DNA of 64,000 bases from Octopus vulgaris (lineage: Eukaryota), in contig OX597825.1 in the NCBI GenBank assembly GCA_951406725.2, forward strand, positions 17,050,001 through 17,114,000. The letters are read 5' to 3'. Within the stretch, counting starts at the first letter, position 1. The number at the start of each line of letters is the position of its first letter. Both the position numbers and the translations under genes were made by a program. The notes under the pieces were generated by a model. It was not told the origin of the DNA. It saw nothing but the letters and a program-made list of their open reading frames with translations, and did not search any database. Shown piece after piece: positions 40,156 through 54,970 of the stretch.

Positions 40156-40956
40156 TTTCAATTGTAAGCGTTATTATGACGCCTGCTTGATTTTATTAGC
40201 AAGATGCCAGGCATTACGCACTGTCATGCTATTTTCCAAACTTCTTTGACGGCATTATGTATAAGGCCTGACATTATAATCTCATCCTTTGTATGTTGGT
40301 ACACTTCTTTTGCAAGCGTTTCTCCTAATGCCACTTCTCTACTATCGGCGTCCAGGTGGAAAATCCTCATTAAATTCGGACATAAGGGAGGCATTGGCCA
40401 AACAAAAACCAAACAAATGCTGTTAAAAGATCTGCAAGCCGTGTATGTATGTATGCCTATATGTATTTATGAATGAATCTTTAATGAACTATTTTATTAA
40501 AATATCTGGGAGATACATTGCAAGAAAATGTCTATATTGTTTTGCTGAACATGAATATCCTTTGCTGTTTATTTAAAAAAAAAATCTACTTTGATTTCTT
40601 TAATCACGGTAAAAACTAAAAGATGATTATAATATTCTTGTATTTATCTAACCGTTATCCTATCACCACTTTTCAACGAACATTTCTCTCTCTTTAGTCA
40701 ACCACATACAATCACACACACCAGGCACCTTCAACACACAAACCCTCACTCACTCCCTCCCTCACTCACTCACCGCTCATTCGCTCACTCACTGACTCAC
40801 TCACTCACTCACTCACTCGCACACCCACCCGCCCACACACACGCACACCCACCCACACATACACACTTACACACGGTCCCAAAAGCAAAGGAGAGAGACT
40901 GGTGACGGAGCAACAAACAAAGAGTATTACTTTAACACTCGGGAACAATGGGAAAG

Positions 40957-40992
40957 TTTTTGACGTTTCAAACCTACGTTCTTCGACAGAAA
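40957..40992 (-). ncRNA. Minimal hammerhead-like motif (Penelope pLTR type), decayed
   Basis: Minus strand: ttt CTGTCGA a gaac gtag gttt GAAA CG TC aaaa. Helices I-III are present; A6 is replaced by U. Confidence 0.5.
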
Positions 40993-41588
40993 GGAATGAA
41001 TAAACAAAAAATGAAGAGAGGTCAAAATAACTTGCCTGGATTAGCGGTTTCAGATGTTAGAGGTTGCATGCGAATTAGATTACACCGACATAAGTAAACT
41101 GTGTACGCGCAAGCGAATAATTGTGTGAGGATGATGTGTATGAGTGTATATGTGTGTGTGGGCGAGTGTATGTATGTGTGGGTAAATTTCACAAAACAGT
41201 TGTCTGTACATTATCATGAGTCAAATTATCACAAGCGTTTTAAGCTTTATATTTCTTCTAATTATCCCGTTTTACAAGGCCTACCACCTCTTGCACAGAT
41301 TAGCGGCAGTAACTATTCAAAATGCAAGTGAGATTATCAAGAATTGAATACTGACGTAAAATGACAGATTCCAAGTAAATGGTGTCTTCCGCCCACAATA
41401 AATTTAATTGACAAGATGGTACTCATTTTGATGAGACATTTACAACAACAATGTATTGATGACACCGTCAGGTAGTTGCCTGAATCATGAACAGATGTTC
41501 CAGGAAATGGACCCGTATCCATAACACAAATAACTTCAAAATTCAATGGTTTATATTTCAAGATATAAAATAGCGATAGTGTAAGAAA

Positions 41589-41928
41589 GTGCAGGCGTCG
41601 CTGCTTGGGAAGACGCTTGCTTCCCAACGATATGCGGGACATCTTCGGCAAGTGTCTTCTACTACAACCTCAAGTCGACCAAAGACTTGTGAGTTCATTT
41701 GGTAGACGGAAACTAAAAGAAGCCCGTCTTTTTTTGTGTGCGTGTATGTGTGTTCAAGTGTGTGTCTTTGTGTCTGTGTTTGTCCCCCTACTACCGTTTG
41801 ACAAGTGATGATGGTGTGTTTATGTCCCTGTAACTTAGCGGTTCGGCAAGTGAAATCGATGGTGTGATTACTAATCTTACAAAGAATAAGTCCTGGGGTC
41901 GATTTCTTCGACTAAGGCGGTGCCCCAC
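41589..41928 (+). mobile_element. SINE family A, diverged, tail missing
   Basis: Colinear similarity to 31447-31810. Confidence 0.85.
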
Positions 41929-43155
41929 GTGTATTCTGTCGTATAGAAAAGCGTTAAAAATACACTCTTAACTGACAGTAATAAATAGTGTATAACGCAT
42001 AGTGTACAATATGCACGCCCGCTCCATAACATAACCGACACATGGTTGTATATAATCGTGTGTGTGTGTGTATGTGTGTGTGTATGTGTGTGTGTGTGTG
42101 AGTGCATGCGTGCGTGTGTGTATATATGTATGTATCTATAAATATGTGTCTGTGTTCATGTACTGCAATACCGCCATGATATATTGTTTTTCTTCTTGCT
42201 TAAACGTGTTCGGGCCATTTGTTGTCGAGTGCGTAGAATGCAATTGTGCCTTTCTTTGGTTCTTTTAAAAGAATTCTCGTGATTCTCTTTCGCATAAAAT
42301 TGAATGTTTCAGCACGGTGCATTCATCGACTGATACAAAATATACATTTTTTGTTAAAGCTTTTATTGTATTTTTAGCTGATAGGGAAACATTTTCCTTA
42401 TCATTAACAGGATATTATAGCCCCATTAAACAACGCACGCTTTGTAATGGGAAAGTAAATCACGTGATCTCTATTTTCCAAGTCAATTATTATGTGGGCC
42501 GCGTTCCACATATTTTAATTAGACATATATATTTAAGCATAGACAAACGCACACGTAAGCAAACAGAGACCGTGCCACAAATATATACGCGAGTGTGTGA
42601 AAACGATCGTTTGTCTGTGTATGTACTTGGCGTGCTACACTAAGGGAATAAAACTGTTTATTAGTGGAGTATATCGACATAACAGCTGAAATACAATAAG
42701 CTAGAAATAAAATACGAGAGAGCATCTCTGAAAAGGAGATGCAGTATCTTATGCTACAGGGATTCAGCATAGTGCAAATGTTAATGCTGTTCTTAGTGAC
42801 TAAGAGGATACTAAACATAGGAAATAGTTGATTTAAAATTGTTGTTTTTATAACGGTGAGAATGCGCTGAGGGAAATTAAAAATAATTAATATTTCCATG
42901 TGAAGTAAGGAAAAAATCAACGTTTTCAGAATTAGCGAAGAACACAGAAATAAGTTTTGTGTATATATACAGAAATATGTATATAGGGACATTTCCAAAG
43001 TATTCAGTTAGATAAACATACATACGCGCTCCCAAGCAGAAACCAAACAAGTGCGGACGCACATAACACGTTCACATACATATAATGGAATATACACATA
43101 TACGTGAGAACGGGTAGAAACTCAGTCAGATACATATAGATACAAAGACATACAC

Positions 43156-43680
<525 letters not shown>

Positions 43681-43695
43681 ATAGACAGATATAGA

Positions 43696-43751
<56 letters not shown>

Positions 43752-44794
43752 TAATTATGCATAGATACCTATAGTTACATGTTTTCTATAGACCTATATG
43801 CACATAACCACATCTATCTCTTTTCTCTATAAACCTGCACACATACAGACAGGCACATAGCGGGGCACAGACAAACAAACGCACAAGCGCACATCATACC
43901 CTCTCCCCCTACATAAGTGGTTTTTATTGTAGTTCAAACCCGATTTACAAATATGGTGGTATCTAAGTGAGTGTTTACGTATATGTAGTGGTAGGTACCT
44001 GCACTTCTATTCCGTGTGAATATGTCTCTCACGTGCTTATGTATGTATGTATGTATGTTATAAGCACGCGCGTAAATATATCTACTCTATACGTGTATAT
44101 CAATCTATATATGTTCTATTAGTATTTGTTTGTTGAATAGTGTAGATGTTATATATGTATATTACACCTAAATTCTCTTACTCTCTCCCTCCCCCTTTCT
44201 CTGTATATATATATAATATATATCTTGTACTCTCCAGGTGGATTTTTTTTTTTCTTTTCATGGTACCTCTACGCAACAGTATAATATGATATACTTACAT
44301 ACATACACATACAGATAAGTAGATATATAGATAGATAAATAGATATATGAATATATGTAGAGAGATAAATAGATAGATTGATACATAAATAGCTAGCTAG
44401 ATAGAGAGATAGATGGATAAATAGATAAGAGATTCCTTCTCCAGAGACCCCTTCCAATTTGCCAGCAAACTATTCGTGCAGCTAAGATTTGGGGCATTCA
44501 GAGGAGACAAAGAAGGCTTTGAGCAGCATCTTTGGCAAACATACTCATACTCACAGAATGAGATGACAAAGTAATGTCAGGGCCTCTTTCTGCGAAATTT
44601 AACGACAGCGGACACAGTCGTATAAACATTACCCCAAAGCAATATCCAAACAGTTGCGGATGGGCAATGAAAATATCACATCTGTATTCAATGATTTACA
44701 TCACACATAACCCAAGATCGTTTTTGTTGTGCCAGCATAGCTATAAAAATGGTTTAAAATGTCAGTCAAATCAATATATCCGCAAATTTATATA

Positions 44795-44930
44795 CGTGAT
44801 GTGGTTAGGGTGTTGCACTCCCAATCGCGAGATCCTGGTTTCGATTCTCAGATAGACTGCGCACTGTAGTTTGAAGCAAAGCTCTTCGTCTCCGGTTCAG
44901 TCAGTTGTAAATGAATAACCTGAAGCATTT
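44795..44930 (+). mobile_element. Old tRNA-type SINE fragment
   Basis: gtggttagggtgttgcactc..gagatcctggtttcgattc (A/B-box-like), then ccggttcagtcagttgtaaatga, similar to the 36850-37062 family core. Confidence 0.45.
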
Positions 44931-47062
44931 TTGGCGTTCTGTTCAGATGGAGGGAAATATCACTTTCGAAGACTTCAACAGTGCCAGATGAATTATTGTG
45001 ATATAGAAGTGTAAACATCAGATGGTCTGGTCGTTACATATCTGCATTCATTCGTTTAAATAAATAGATTTATAGCTTTTAGAAGAACTGTAGTCTAATG
45101 GACCTCTATAAAATCGTACTAAAGCGTCTTGAATCGTACTTGTGTGCAATGCGTAACTTCTGTTTGTGATAGATATTCTTTCCTTTTCTCTAGAACGGAG
45201 GCACTTCTGTTTTGAAGATAATCAATAGAAACAAACTCTTACGGAATTTGACAAGTGAATATCAGGCAAATTTGTTATTGTTTCTGATGTTCAAAGAGCT
45301 AGACCTAAGCAACGAAACTCATTAAAAAATACGAACGGCTGTCCTTGACACAGATTATTTGATTGTTAAATATCACATTACAAATGGCAGAATATCGAAG
45401 CATGAGTTTTAAATAAAATAACACACCGACTTGGGGGAGGCGAATGTGATTTCAAGCAAAGAAAATCATTGAAATTATATTTGATCGGTAAACAGATAAT
45501 TCTCATCGGAGACGGTAAAGAAAGAGATTAAAATGCAAGAAAAACTGCTACATCAAGCAACTAGAGGTCATGTAAACGTTGAATTAGGTACAGAAGAAAA
45601 GCAGAGCATTGAACACATTAGATTAACATACATACATGCAACTAAAGTACAATAGTGATTAGTCAGTGAGCTGTTACAAATGATATAGTGTATACCATAA
45701 TTAAATAAGAACGACTGGCAATGTATATATCTTAAAGATGTAATTATTTCACGTTACCGTTCATAAAGAAAAAGATACAATAAAACAATACAAAACCAGA
45801 CGAAGAACAATTAAATAATTATCTCCATCAGATGTACATTTAAAAATACACTCGTATATACATACAAGTGTTTCTATGTGTATTTCTGTGATTGTGTGTG
45901 TGTCTAAGTGCATCTGTGTATGTGTGTGTTCGTGTGTGTATTTGTGCATAAAAAAACGAAATATAATGGAGAAATTAATGTGTATTATACACACATGTTA
46001 ATAATTACATTGGCGCTACCTGGTTGGTGATATATAATATCTCCAGTAGCCAAGAAGTAATTGAATGTGTACAGATAAGAAAATGTTGTGAAAGCAATAT
46101 ATATGTAAACAAAATACATGGACAATCAATGTTTGCTCACCCAGATAAATTACATAGAAACAGTTATTCCACCGATTTGTGAATATATTTCTAATTATGT
46201 ATACATGTATCCTAATTATTGACTGTAGTAATTAAATACATATTTAGTGCACAGCAGCAAACAAATATATTATTATTACACACAGAAATATATGCCACAT
46301 ACATCGACATGCCTTCTAATATAAAACTTAAACACTCGGTCCTCCCATAGCTTCACTCTACTCTGCTAGAGGGAGCACTACTACTCACTTTGAACGAATG
46401 CTCAACCTTCAACTATTCCAAGTGGAAAATATTTTGTCTTCAATGATCTGATATGGCAACACATTAGCTAACAATCTCTGTGGAGATTTTGGCGAAATGC
46501 CTGCTTTACACAGATATTAAATGTTTCTTTTATTACATTTCAGCCTTTTAATTCCTATTAGCTCGGTAATTCGTTTGTCATACCACGAAAAATGTTTGAA
46601 AAACTAGACCGCATACATTTTACGTTAAGGTCCACATTTCCGTGGCTTTGTTCTTAATGAAGGAAATTAACGTGTTATATCGCCTAATTTTGAGAAGCTG
46701 TCTAACACCCCATCCCTGTACATGATATTGTGTCTTATACTCTCGAAATATGCACATGTTTGTAAGATAGTTCTACTTCAGGTCCTTTAATGCGTTCTAT
46801 ATTATAATACCGAGTAACATACATTTTACGGTATCCTCTTTTAATACACCTAATCTAAATGTTGTATATTCATTTCCATAGGACGTCAGTAGCTACCAGT
46901 CTTTATAAGACTATTTAAATCTTTTTCAGATAAATTCCAAGATCATTTTGAAAACAGCGATCGTTGAAAACCTTATTGGACCGATGCCTATTCAAGCCAA
47001 TACATCAGACCCTGCAATTCTCATATTTTTTCCCCATTCTACAGTTTTGAAGTTAATCTTGT

Positions 47063-47209
47063 CTTATTCTTTTTTAAGCCTAGTACTTATTCTATCGTTC
47101 TATTTTGCCGAACCGCTAAGTTACGGGGACTAACACACCAGCATCGTTTGGCAAGTGATGTTGGGAGGACAAACACAGACACACAAACGTATACACACAC
47201 ACACGCACG

Positions 47210-47264
<55 letters not shown>

Positions 47265-47408
47265 GACGGGCTTCTTTCAGTTTCCGTCTTACCAAATACA
47301 CTCGAGGCATTGGTCGGCTCGAGGTTATAGTAGAATACACTGTGGGACTGATCCTGGAACCATGTGGTTGGTAAGCAAGCTACTTACCACACAGCCACTT
47401 CTATACCT
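47063..47408 (-). mobile_element. SINE family A, tail missing, internal (TA)n expanded
   Basis: Reverse-complement similarity to 31447-31770. Confidence 0.9.
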
Positions 47409-47989
47409 AAGGTTTCCCAAATATTATTGTCCTCATCGTTTATACATGAGAAAAGATGATGTGTTGAATCATGGCAGTCAATATGCGAAAACTACCAATA
47501 CTGTAATTCTGAGGAATCCTATCTCGGTAGCGACATGGATAATGAAGACCAACGTTTGTAAGGTTTATATTGTTACCCGGGGAACATATAAGCATCAAGT
47601 AACAACAAAGAAGTAAACAAATAAACACTTAAGAGAACACTCGGCTAAAATATTTTCCGATCAGTTCCCTCTCTTGCCACATTGTGTTTTTCAGAAAGTG
47701 AGATATGATAAAGTACAAAATGTGAGCAAAACTTTATGATATAAACAAGCATTAACCATAACGACTCAGCTTCACGTTTGAGATAGAAATAGGTGGAGTT
47801 TTGAGACTATACTCTTTCTTGAGACGGACAACATAGGGGAAATATTTGCATCATTTACAGAAGCAACAGTCAAGATAACAGTAATAGTTGCTGATTTCGA
47901 ATCGGCTCTTGACCTCACACTATATTGTCAGGTAAATGAAAATGAATTAATTCACTGTAAATAATCGCTCCTATGTATTGCGAACCCAA

Positions 47990-48520
<531 letters not shown>

Positions 48521-49213
48521 ATATCAACCAAGCTGTTCGCCTGCTGCATTAAAAGCACAAGGGCCCTTCCTCGAACCAGACAACATCTCACTCTTAGTTA
48601 TGTCCTCAGATCACATGAGACTCAATTATAGTGTCGCTTATATCTTTGAGACAATATGGTGCTAAATTATGTTAAAATATGTTAAAATCGTTGAACGAAA
48701 CGTAATAGTAACCCATTCGCCTATTTGGCAAACGCCCAATCACGAAAAGACATCGTCATATAATTAGCATGTGTTCTCTTTCTTTCCTCTATCTTCTGTA
48801 GCTATTTCAATGATTTTATGCCGCTTTTGCACTAGCTTACTTCATTACATCTACACGAAATCTCCCTTCTCCCACTAGATTTCTGCTTTCATTAGATTTA
48901 CAGCGATTCGGCACGCAAACACTGCAAATTTCTTTCTCATTTCCCCTATCCTCTATCTTCTCACGGTTCACGTTTGTTCTTTTAAGACTGTACTACAAAG
49001 ATTCTCGCCGAACATCAACTGCATCAAACTTTGCTATTCTGAGTGATACGCACAAAGCTCATGTGTACCGTCTTCAATGGACTTAAACATCTACAACGAT
49101 TGGCTGGAGGCTTATAGAAATTTTATGGCTCATTCATATGTTAATATTTAGCGGTTTACAACTTTAGATCTATTGATCATTCAAAGATGCTTACGATAAA
49201 TAGATACATACGA

Positions 49214-49214
<1 letters not shown>

Positions 49215-49311
<97 letters not shown>

Positions 49312-49324
49312 GTATGTATATATG

Positions 49325-49356
<32 letters not shown>

Positions 49357-49606
49357 TATGTATAGATATGCATATATGTATGTAAATATATATGTATATA
49401 TATATATATATATACACGCTCACACACACACAGATATACACTTGTTTACATACATACATACACACACACATGTGAATTACCTCAGTGTATGTGTGTCCTG
49501 TTTGTATGAATTGTTCCCTCTTTCTTTCTCTTTCTCTCTCTCTCTCTGCGTCTTTCTCACCATGTGCGCATTTATACATACATACAGATATACATACATA
49601 CATATG

Positions 49607-49657
<51 letters not shown>

Positions 49658-49700
49658 GCACATATATGTATACTTATATATATATATATATATATATACA
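49215..49700. repeat. (TA)n-rich compound microsatellite
   Basis: Direct reading. Confidence 0.95.
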
Positions 49701-50368
49701 CATACATATGATATGTGTGTGAGTTTGTGTATTTGTGTGTGCATGTGCGTGTGTCTGTGTACGCATTCATGGACACTTAATTTTATGTGCATCTATTGTT
49801 TAAATGTTTGTGAGATTCTATTTTGTGTACAGTTGTGTCGAGTTGTTGTGCATCTGTGTGCGTGTTGTGAATGCATAGAACAAAAACCATGTGTGAGGTG
49901 TATCAGTTGTGAATCGTACCACACAACGACAGACAAATTTGTATTGCTTAAATTCTGCTTCCCGCTTCGAACTACATTCGTACACGCTATTAACCCATTC
50001 ATGAACAAATAGGATGTTCAGCATTTCAAAGTTTACATTCCATTCCTGATAATTTGAGGCATTCATTTTATAACTATTTCAGAGGAATGGCCAGTATACA
50101 TCATCTATAATAGGCTTCGGAGTCTGTTGGAGAAAAGTAGGAAATTATCTCATGCTGGAGACCTTTTCTGGTTACTTGCAACACACCCAGCCAAATCTGT
50201 GAAACGCAGCCATTGTCAATGTGATTCAGTAACGCGGACGGGTGTTTTAGAATTACTACTAAAGTAAGCGACTGCAGAATTTGAACTTAGGAGAAAATTA
50301 AATAAGAATAAATGGGAGATTAAGTGCGTGGGGGAGAGAGAGGAGGGACGTGTGAGAGAGAGATAGTG

Positions 50369-50410
<42 letters not shown>

Positions 50411-50419
50411 AAAAAAAGG

Positions 50420-50630
50420 AACTGGAAAACTACGTTGCGTAGAAACAATTGTAGTGGTTGTAAAGAAATATCCATGCCTACACTTCAGTTATATGTCCAC
50501 ACACGAAAGAAGTCCATAAGCAAACCTGGAAATACTTATACTACTACTACTGGATAGTTCAGGGTCAAATCTGCAGATGGTCGAGCTATATACTGTACTC
50601 TAGTAAATTCTTAACAGAATATACCATAGC
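50420..50630 (+). mobile_element. 5'-truncated copy of the hammerhead-bearing module family seen at 15060-15890, between (TA)n tracts
   Basis: ctggaaaactacgttgcgta GAAA CAATTG TA gtggttgtaaa; tail ..tatactgtactctagtaaattcttaacagaatataccata matches the reverse complement of 15062-15110. Confidence 0.75.
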
Positions 50631-50631
50631 A

Positions 50632-50675
<44 letters not shown>

Positions 50676-50700
50676 ATGTACCTGGGTGTGTATATGCATG

Positions 50701-50733
<33 letters not shown>

Positions 50734-50791
50734 TTGTGTGTGTGTGTGTGTGTTATTATCTATATCTATCTGTCTTTCTCTCTCTCTCTTC

Positions 50792-50846
<55 letters not shown>

Positions 50847-51919
50847 CGTGTGTGTACGTGTTTGTGTGTAGCGTACGGTAAAGTAACAACCTATGAAAGT
50901 ACAGAGTAATTGATGGAAATATATGTCTAAAACCTTCAGAGAAAGTTATTACCAACAAACCAAAGACAATATGTGATAAAATTACAAAATCACAAAATAT
51001 ACTACACATACAAACACACATGCATCTGTTCATATATATTCACAGATTTATGTGTGAGTACACACACACACACACACACGCACACACACACACACCCACA
51101 TATATATATATATATAGAGAGAGAGTAGGAGATAGATAGATAGATAGGTAGATAGATAGATAGATAAATAGATATAAATATAGACATACAGATAAATAGA
51201 GACAGATAGATATATAACTGTATATATGTGTGTGTGTGTTTATAAATTATGTATATTTACATTTATTTATATTATATATGTATGTATATACATATTTATA
51301 CGTGTTTATACACACACACACACATACATACATATGTATATATATATATATATATGTATATATATGTCCCTCTTGTTTCAGGGTACCGTTACACACATAT
51401 GTATCAAAGACTCCCACTATAACCAACAAACAAATATAAATGCTTCATGCCAAGAGACAGGAAAACATTGGTCATAAAAATCGAGAATACTAACAGAAAC
51501 AAAATATCAATCAGCTAAAATACTGTCGACAAAACCGCCTCATCCCAAGGGAAATAACTGCACTACTTTTGGAAAAACAACATTTCCAGAATTCTATGAT
51601 GTCTTTCATTAATAACGAAAGGACCTCTACGGAAGACCGGCCCATTGAAAGCGCTCTACACGAACCCAAATCTTCTATTGATTTGTAAAAATGAATAGGA
51701 CTACAGTTCGACTACCGCCCACCGATGGATGAACGTACCATTCTTTGCAATGATGTTGAGTTTATTGGGGAAGGTTCTACCGAAGCAATACGTTACTGCA
51801 TAAGGTGATTTGAATGTGTCTGATTTCGGCAGTATTGATGTAATAAATCCTCACCCTTATCCTCCCTGGCATAACAGTCAGCACAGCAATCATCATTGCT
51901 GAAATTAATGAAATTATCA

Positions 51920-52333
51920 CTCTTTACTCTTTTACTCTTTTACTTGTTTCAGTCATTTAACTGCGGCCATGCTGGAGCACCGCCTTTAATCGAGCAACTC
52001 GACCCCGGGACATATTCTTTTGTAAGCCCAGTACTTATTCTATCGGTCTCTTTTGCCGATCCGCTAATTAACGGGGACATAAACACACCAGCATCGGTTG
52101 TCAAGCAATGCTAGGGGGACAAACACAGACACACAAACACACACATGCATATATATATATACATATATACGACGGGCTTCTTTCAGTTTCCGCCTACCAA
52201 ATCCACTCACAAGGCTTTGGCCGGCCCGAGGCTATAGTAGAAGACGCTTGCCCAAGGTGCCACACAGTGGGACTGAACCCGGAATCGTGTGGTTGGTAAA
52301 CAAGCTACTTACCACACAGCCACTCCTGCGCCT
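51920..52333 (-). mobile_element. SINE family A, full-length young copy
   Basis: Near-identical reverse complement of 31447-31858. Confidence 0.95.
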
Positions 52334-52359
52334 AGGTACCTTTTTGCTAGGAAAATAAA

Positions 52360-52838
52360 TATGTTGTAGTACATGAGTAAAGAACAAAATAAGAATTTTT
52401 AACACCAACGTAAAAGCGGTGTTATTGTATGGGGCTGAGACATGGCGAACAACAGTTAAGTCAAATAAGCAAATAGAATCATTGCGTAGTATACTTAAAA
52501 TTAGATGGACCGAACACATAAGTAATATGGAGCTATGGCAAAGAACAAGTCAAGTTTCGATTAGGGATCAAATATTTAAGAAAAAGTGGAAGTGGATTGG
52601 TAGCACAATTAGAAAAGACACACCAAATGTAGCGAAAAGTGCTTTACAGTGGAAACCGGATGGATATAGAAAGAGAGGTAGGCTTAAGAACTCGTGGCGG
52701 AGATCAACACAAACGGAACTAGAGAAAGGGGGGCATTCATGGCAGAGAAAAAGTATAGAAGCAAAATTTACGCAACATGGAATTCAACTATAAGTGGTCT
52801 ATACTCCGCGTTGAAAGGTTAAAGGAAGAAGAAGAAGA
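52360..52838 (+). mobile_element. RTE-clade LINE 3' fragment with (GAA)n tail
   Basis: KIRIFNTNVKAVLLYGAETWRTT..LRSILKIRWTEHISNMELWQRT..KWKWIG..ALQWKPDGYRKRGRLKNSWRR; ends gaagaagaagaaga. Confidence 0.93.
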
Positions 52839-53195
52839 GTCTATGTGTATTCATCTCTGTTTTGTGTATGTTTACACAACTCTTTGGTCCTTAATCTCAC
52901 AACCAGTCATTAGCTGACTCCTCTAATATATATGACCTAACCATATTCTTCAATGTTTGGTTATTGTTGTCATTATAATTTTATTCTGGTTTGAGAGGGG
53001 TTTTTCCTACATCAATGGCTATAGAGATAGATTGTTCGACAGAAATAAAAAAAGAAATATGTATGTTATACAAAAGTAGGTAGTCAGAATTTTGTATTAT
53101 TTATTCTTAGTGTTTTCGTCTTATTCTCGGAAACCCCTCAGATATGTTATATATGTATGCGTATATATATATATATATATATAAATAGACACACC

Positions 53196-53260
<65 letters not shown>

Positions 53261-53344
53261 ATGTATATATGTGTGTGTGTGTGTGCGTGTATATATATAT
53301 TTATATGTATATGTCTATGTGTGTGTGTATATATATATATATAA

Positions 53345-53377
<33 letters not shown>

Positions 53378-53850
53378 TACATATATATATATATGCATAC
53401 ACACATACACAAACATGCACACACACATACATATAACGAGTACTTATAAAATTGTGTCAAAGTATTCTCACAGCGATAATGGTAACCGATTTTGGTTGAT
53501 TAATATCAAACGAAAATCGAATGTGCCTTATTCTAGTTTACGTGCTTGGACAACTTCTAGTCTTCCACGTCAGTAGACAGCCCTAACACAAACGACGATA
53601 TACATGCTCATTTTTCTATTGGAAATATTCACAATGAACATGAATCTATAATTAAATTGCCATATTCAAAAGCAGCGGATAGTGATATATTCCTTATAGG
53701 CGGTCAGTCATATGTGATGAATTTTATTTCACCACTTCGTGGATCAGGATTGTATTCCATGGCATATTTCCTTACTATCCTGTTTTCTGCTACAGTTTCG
53801 GGTCGTGCAATTCGCGATGGGTGGATGGTCATTGATAGATTTCTCTTTTT

Positions 53851-53852
<2 letters not shown>

Positions 53853-53941
<89 letters not shown>
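53853..53941. repeat. (TATC)n microsatellite
   Basis: Direct reading. Confidence 0.98.
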
Positions 53942-54050
53942 CGGTTTTATATATTTGTCTACCATCTATTTATCGCTCTCTGTCCTCCCTCTGATTATTA
54001 TTTTTATCATACATATGTTTGTGTGTGTGTGTATTTGGGTGTATATACAT

Positions 54051-54091
<41 letters not shown>

Positions 54092-54160
54092 ATATATGTG
54101 TGTATACGTATATATATATATATATAAATGTATTTGTGTATATATATGTGTATATATATT

Positions 54161-54221
<61 letters not shown>

Positions 54222-54280
54222 CTATATGTGTGCATGTATGTAGCATTGTACATACATAATATATAATACATATATGCATG

Positions 54281-54312
54281 GGTTAGCTGGCCGAAACTTC
54301 GAAGTCACTATC
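54281..54312 (+). ncRNA. 3' half of a hammerhead-like motif, truncated at a TA-rich tract
   Basis: ggttagctggcc GAAA CTTCGAAG TC actatc. An 8-nt palindromic helix III and GUC triplet are present; there is no CUGANGA upstream. Confidence 0.4.
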
Positions 54313-54430
54313 AATACTATTCTTTTAAGAGAAATTTAATGTACTCTACCAAATGTATTGAATAATCTTTCGTTTAATGTAAAATATTTTTATTAAATAA
54401 AAATGCGAGCATTAATACATACATACTTAC

Positions 54431-54486
<56 letters not shown>

Positions 54487-54765
54487 CAATGTATATGTAT
54501 GTATGTCCGTATGTATGTATAAAAACATAGACATATACACACATTTTTAACACTGACATATTATGGGGAGGATGCTTGAAATTATTGTAACTGAATTTAG
54601 AAATGAGAAAATTAAATTCTCTATTAGTTTCATATTGATATAAAATGATATCGCTTCTCGAGATACAAAATTGCTCTGTCAGCTACAATATTTTTTAGAT
54701 TCTTTATTTATTGTGTATTACGGGGTCCTATTAATTAAGAATAATTTCAGTCTCATGTCTGCATT

Positions 54766-54970
54766 AAGGCGGCGAGCTGGCAGAAAAGTTAGCACGTCAG
54801 TCGAAATCCTTACCGGTTTTCGTCTGTCTTTATATTCTGAGTTCAAATTCCCTCGACTTTGCCTTTCATCCTTTCGGGGGAGATAAATTAAGTACCAGTT
54901 GTGTACTGGATTCAATCTAATCAAATGCCCCCCCCCCCCATTTTTGCCTTGTGCCTGGAATAGAAAAGAA
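54766..54970 (+). mobile_element. SINE family B variant with a different 3' tail
   Basis: aaggcggcgagctggcagaa..gagttcaaattcc..gcctttcatcctttcgggg..aagtaccagtt, then a C-run and ccttgtgcct..tagaaaagaat. Confidence 0.85.

Noticed and set aside
41340-41580. Possible exon (104-aa minus ORF; AG..GT-bounded plus frame)
   Set aside because: No recognisable domain, weak splice context, and the ORF start lies in a SINE.
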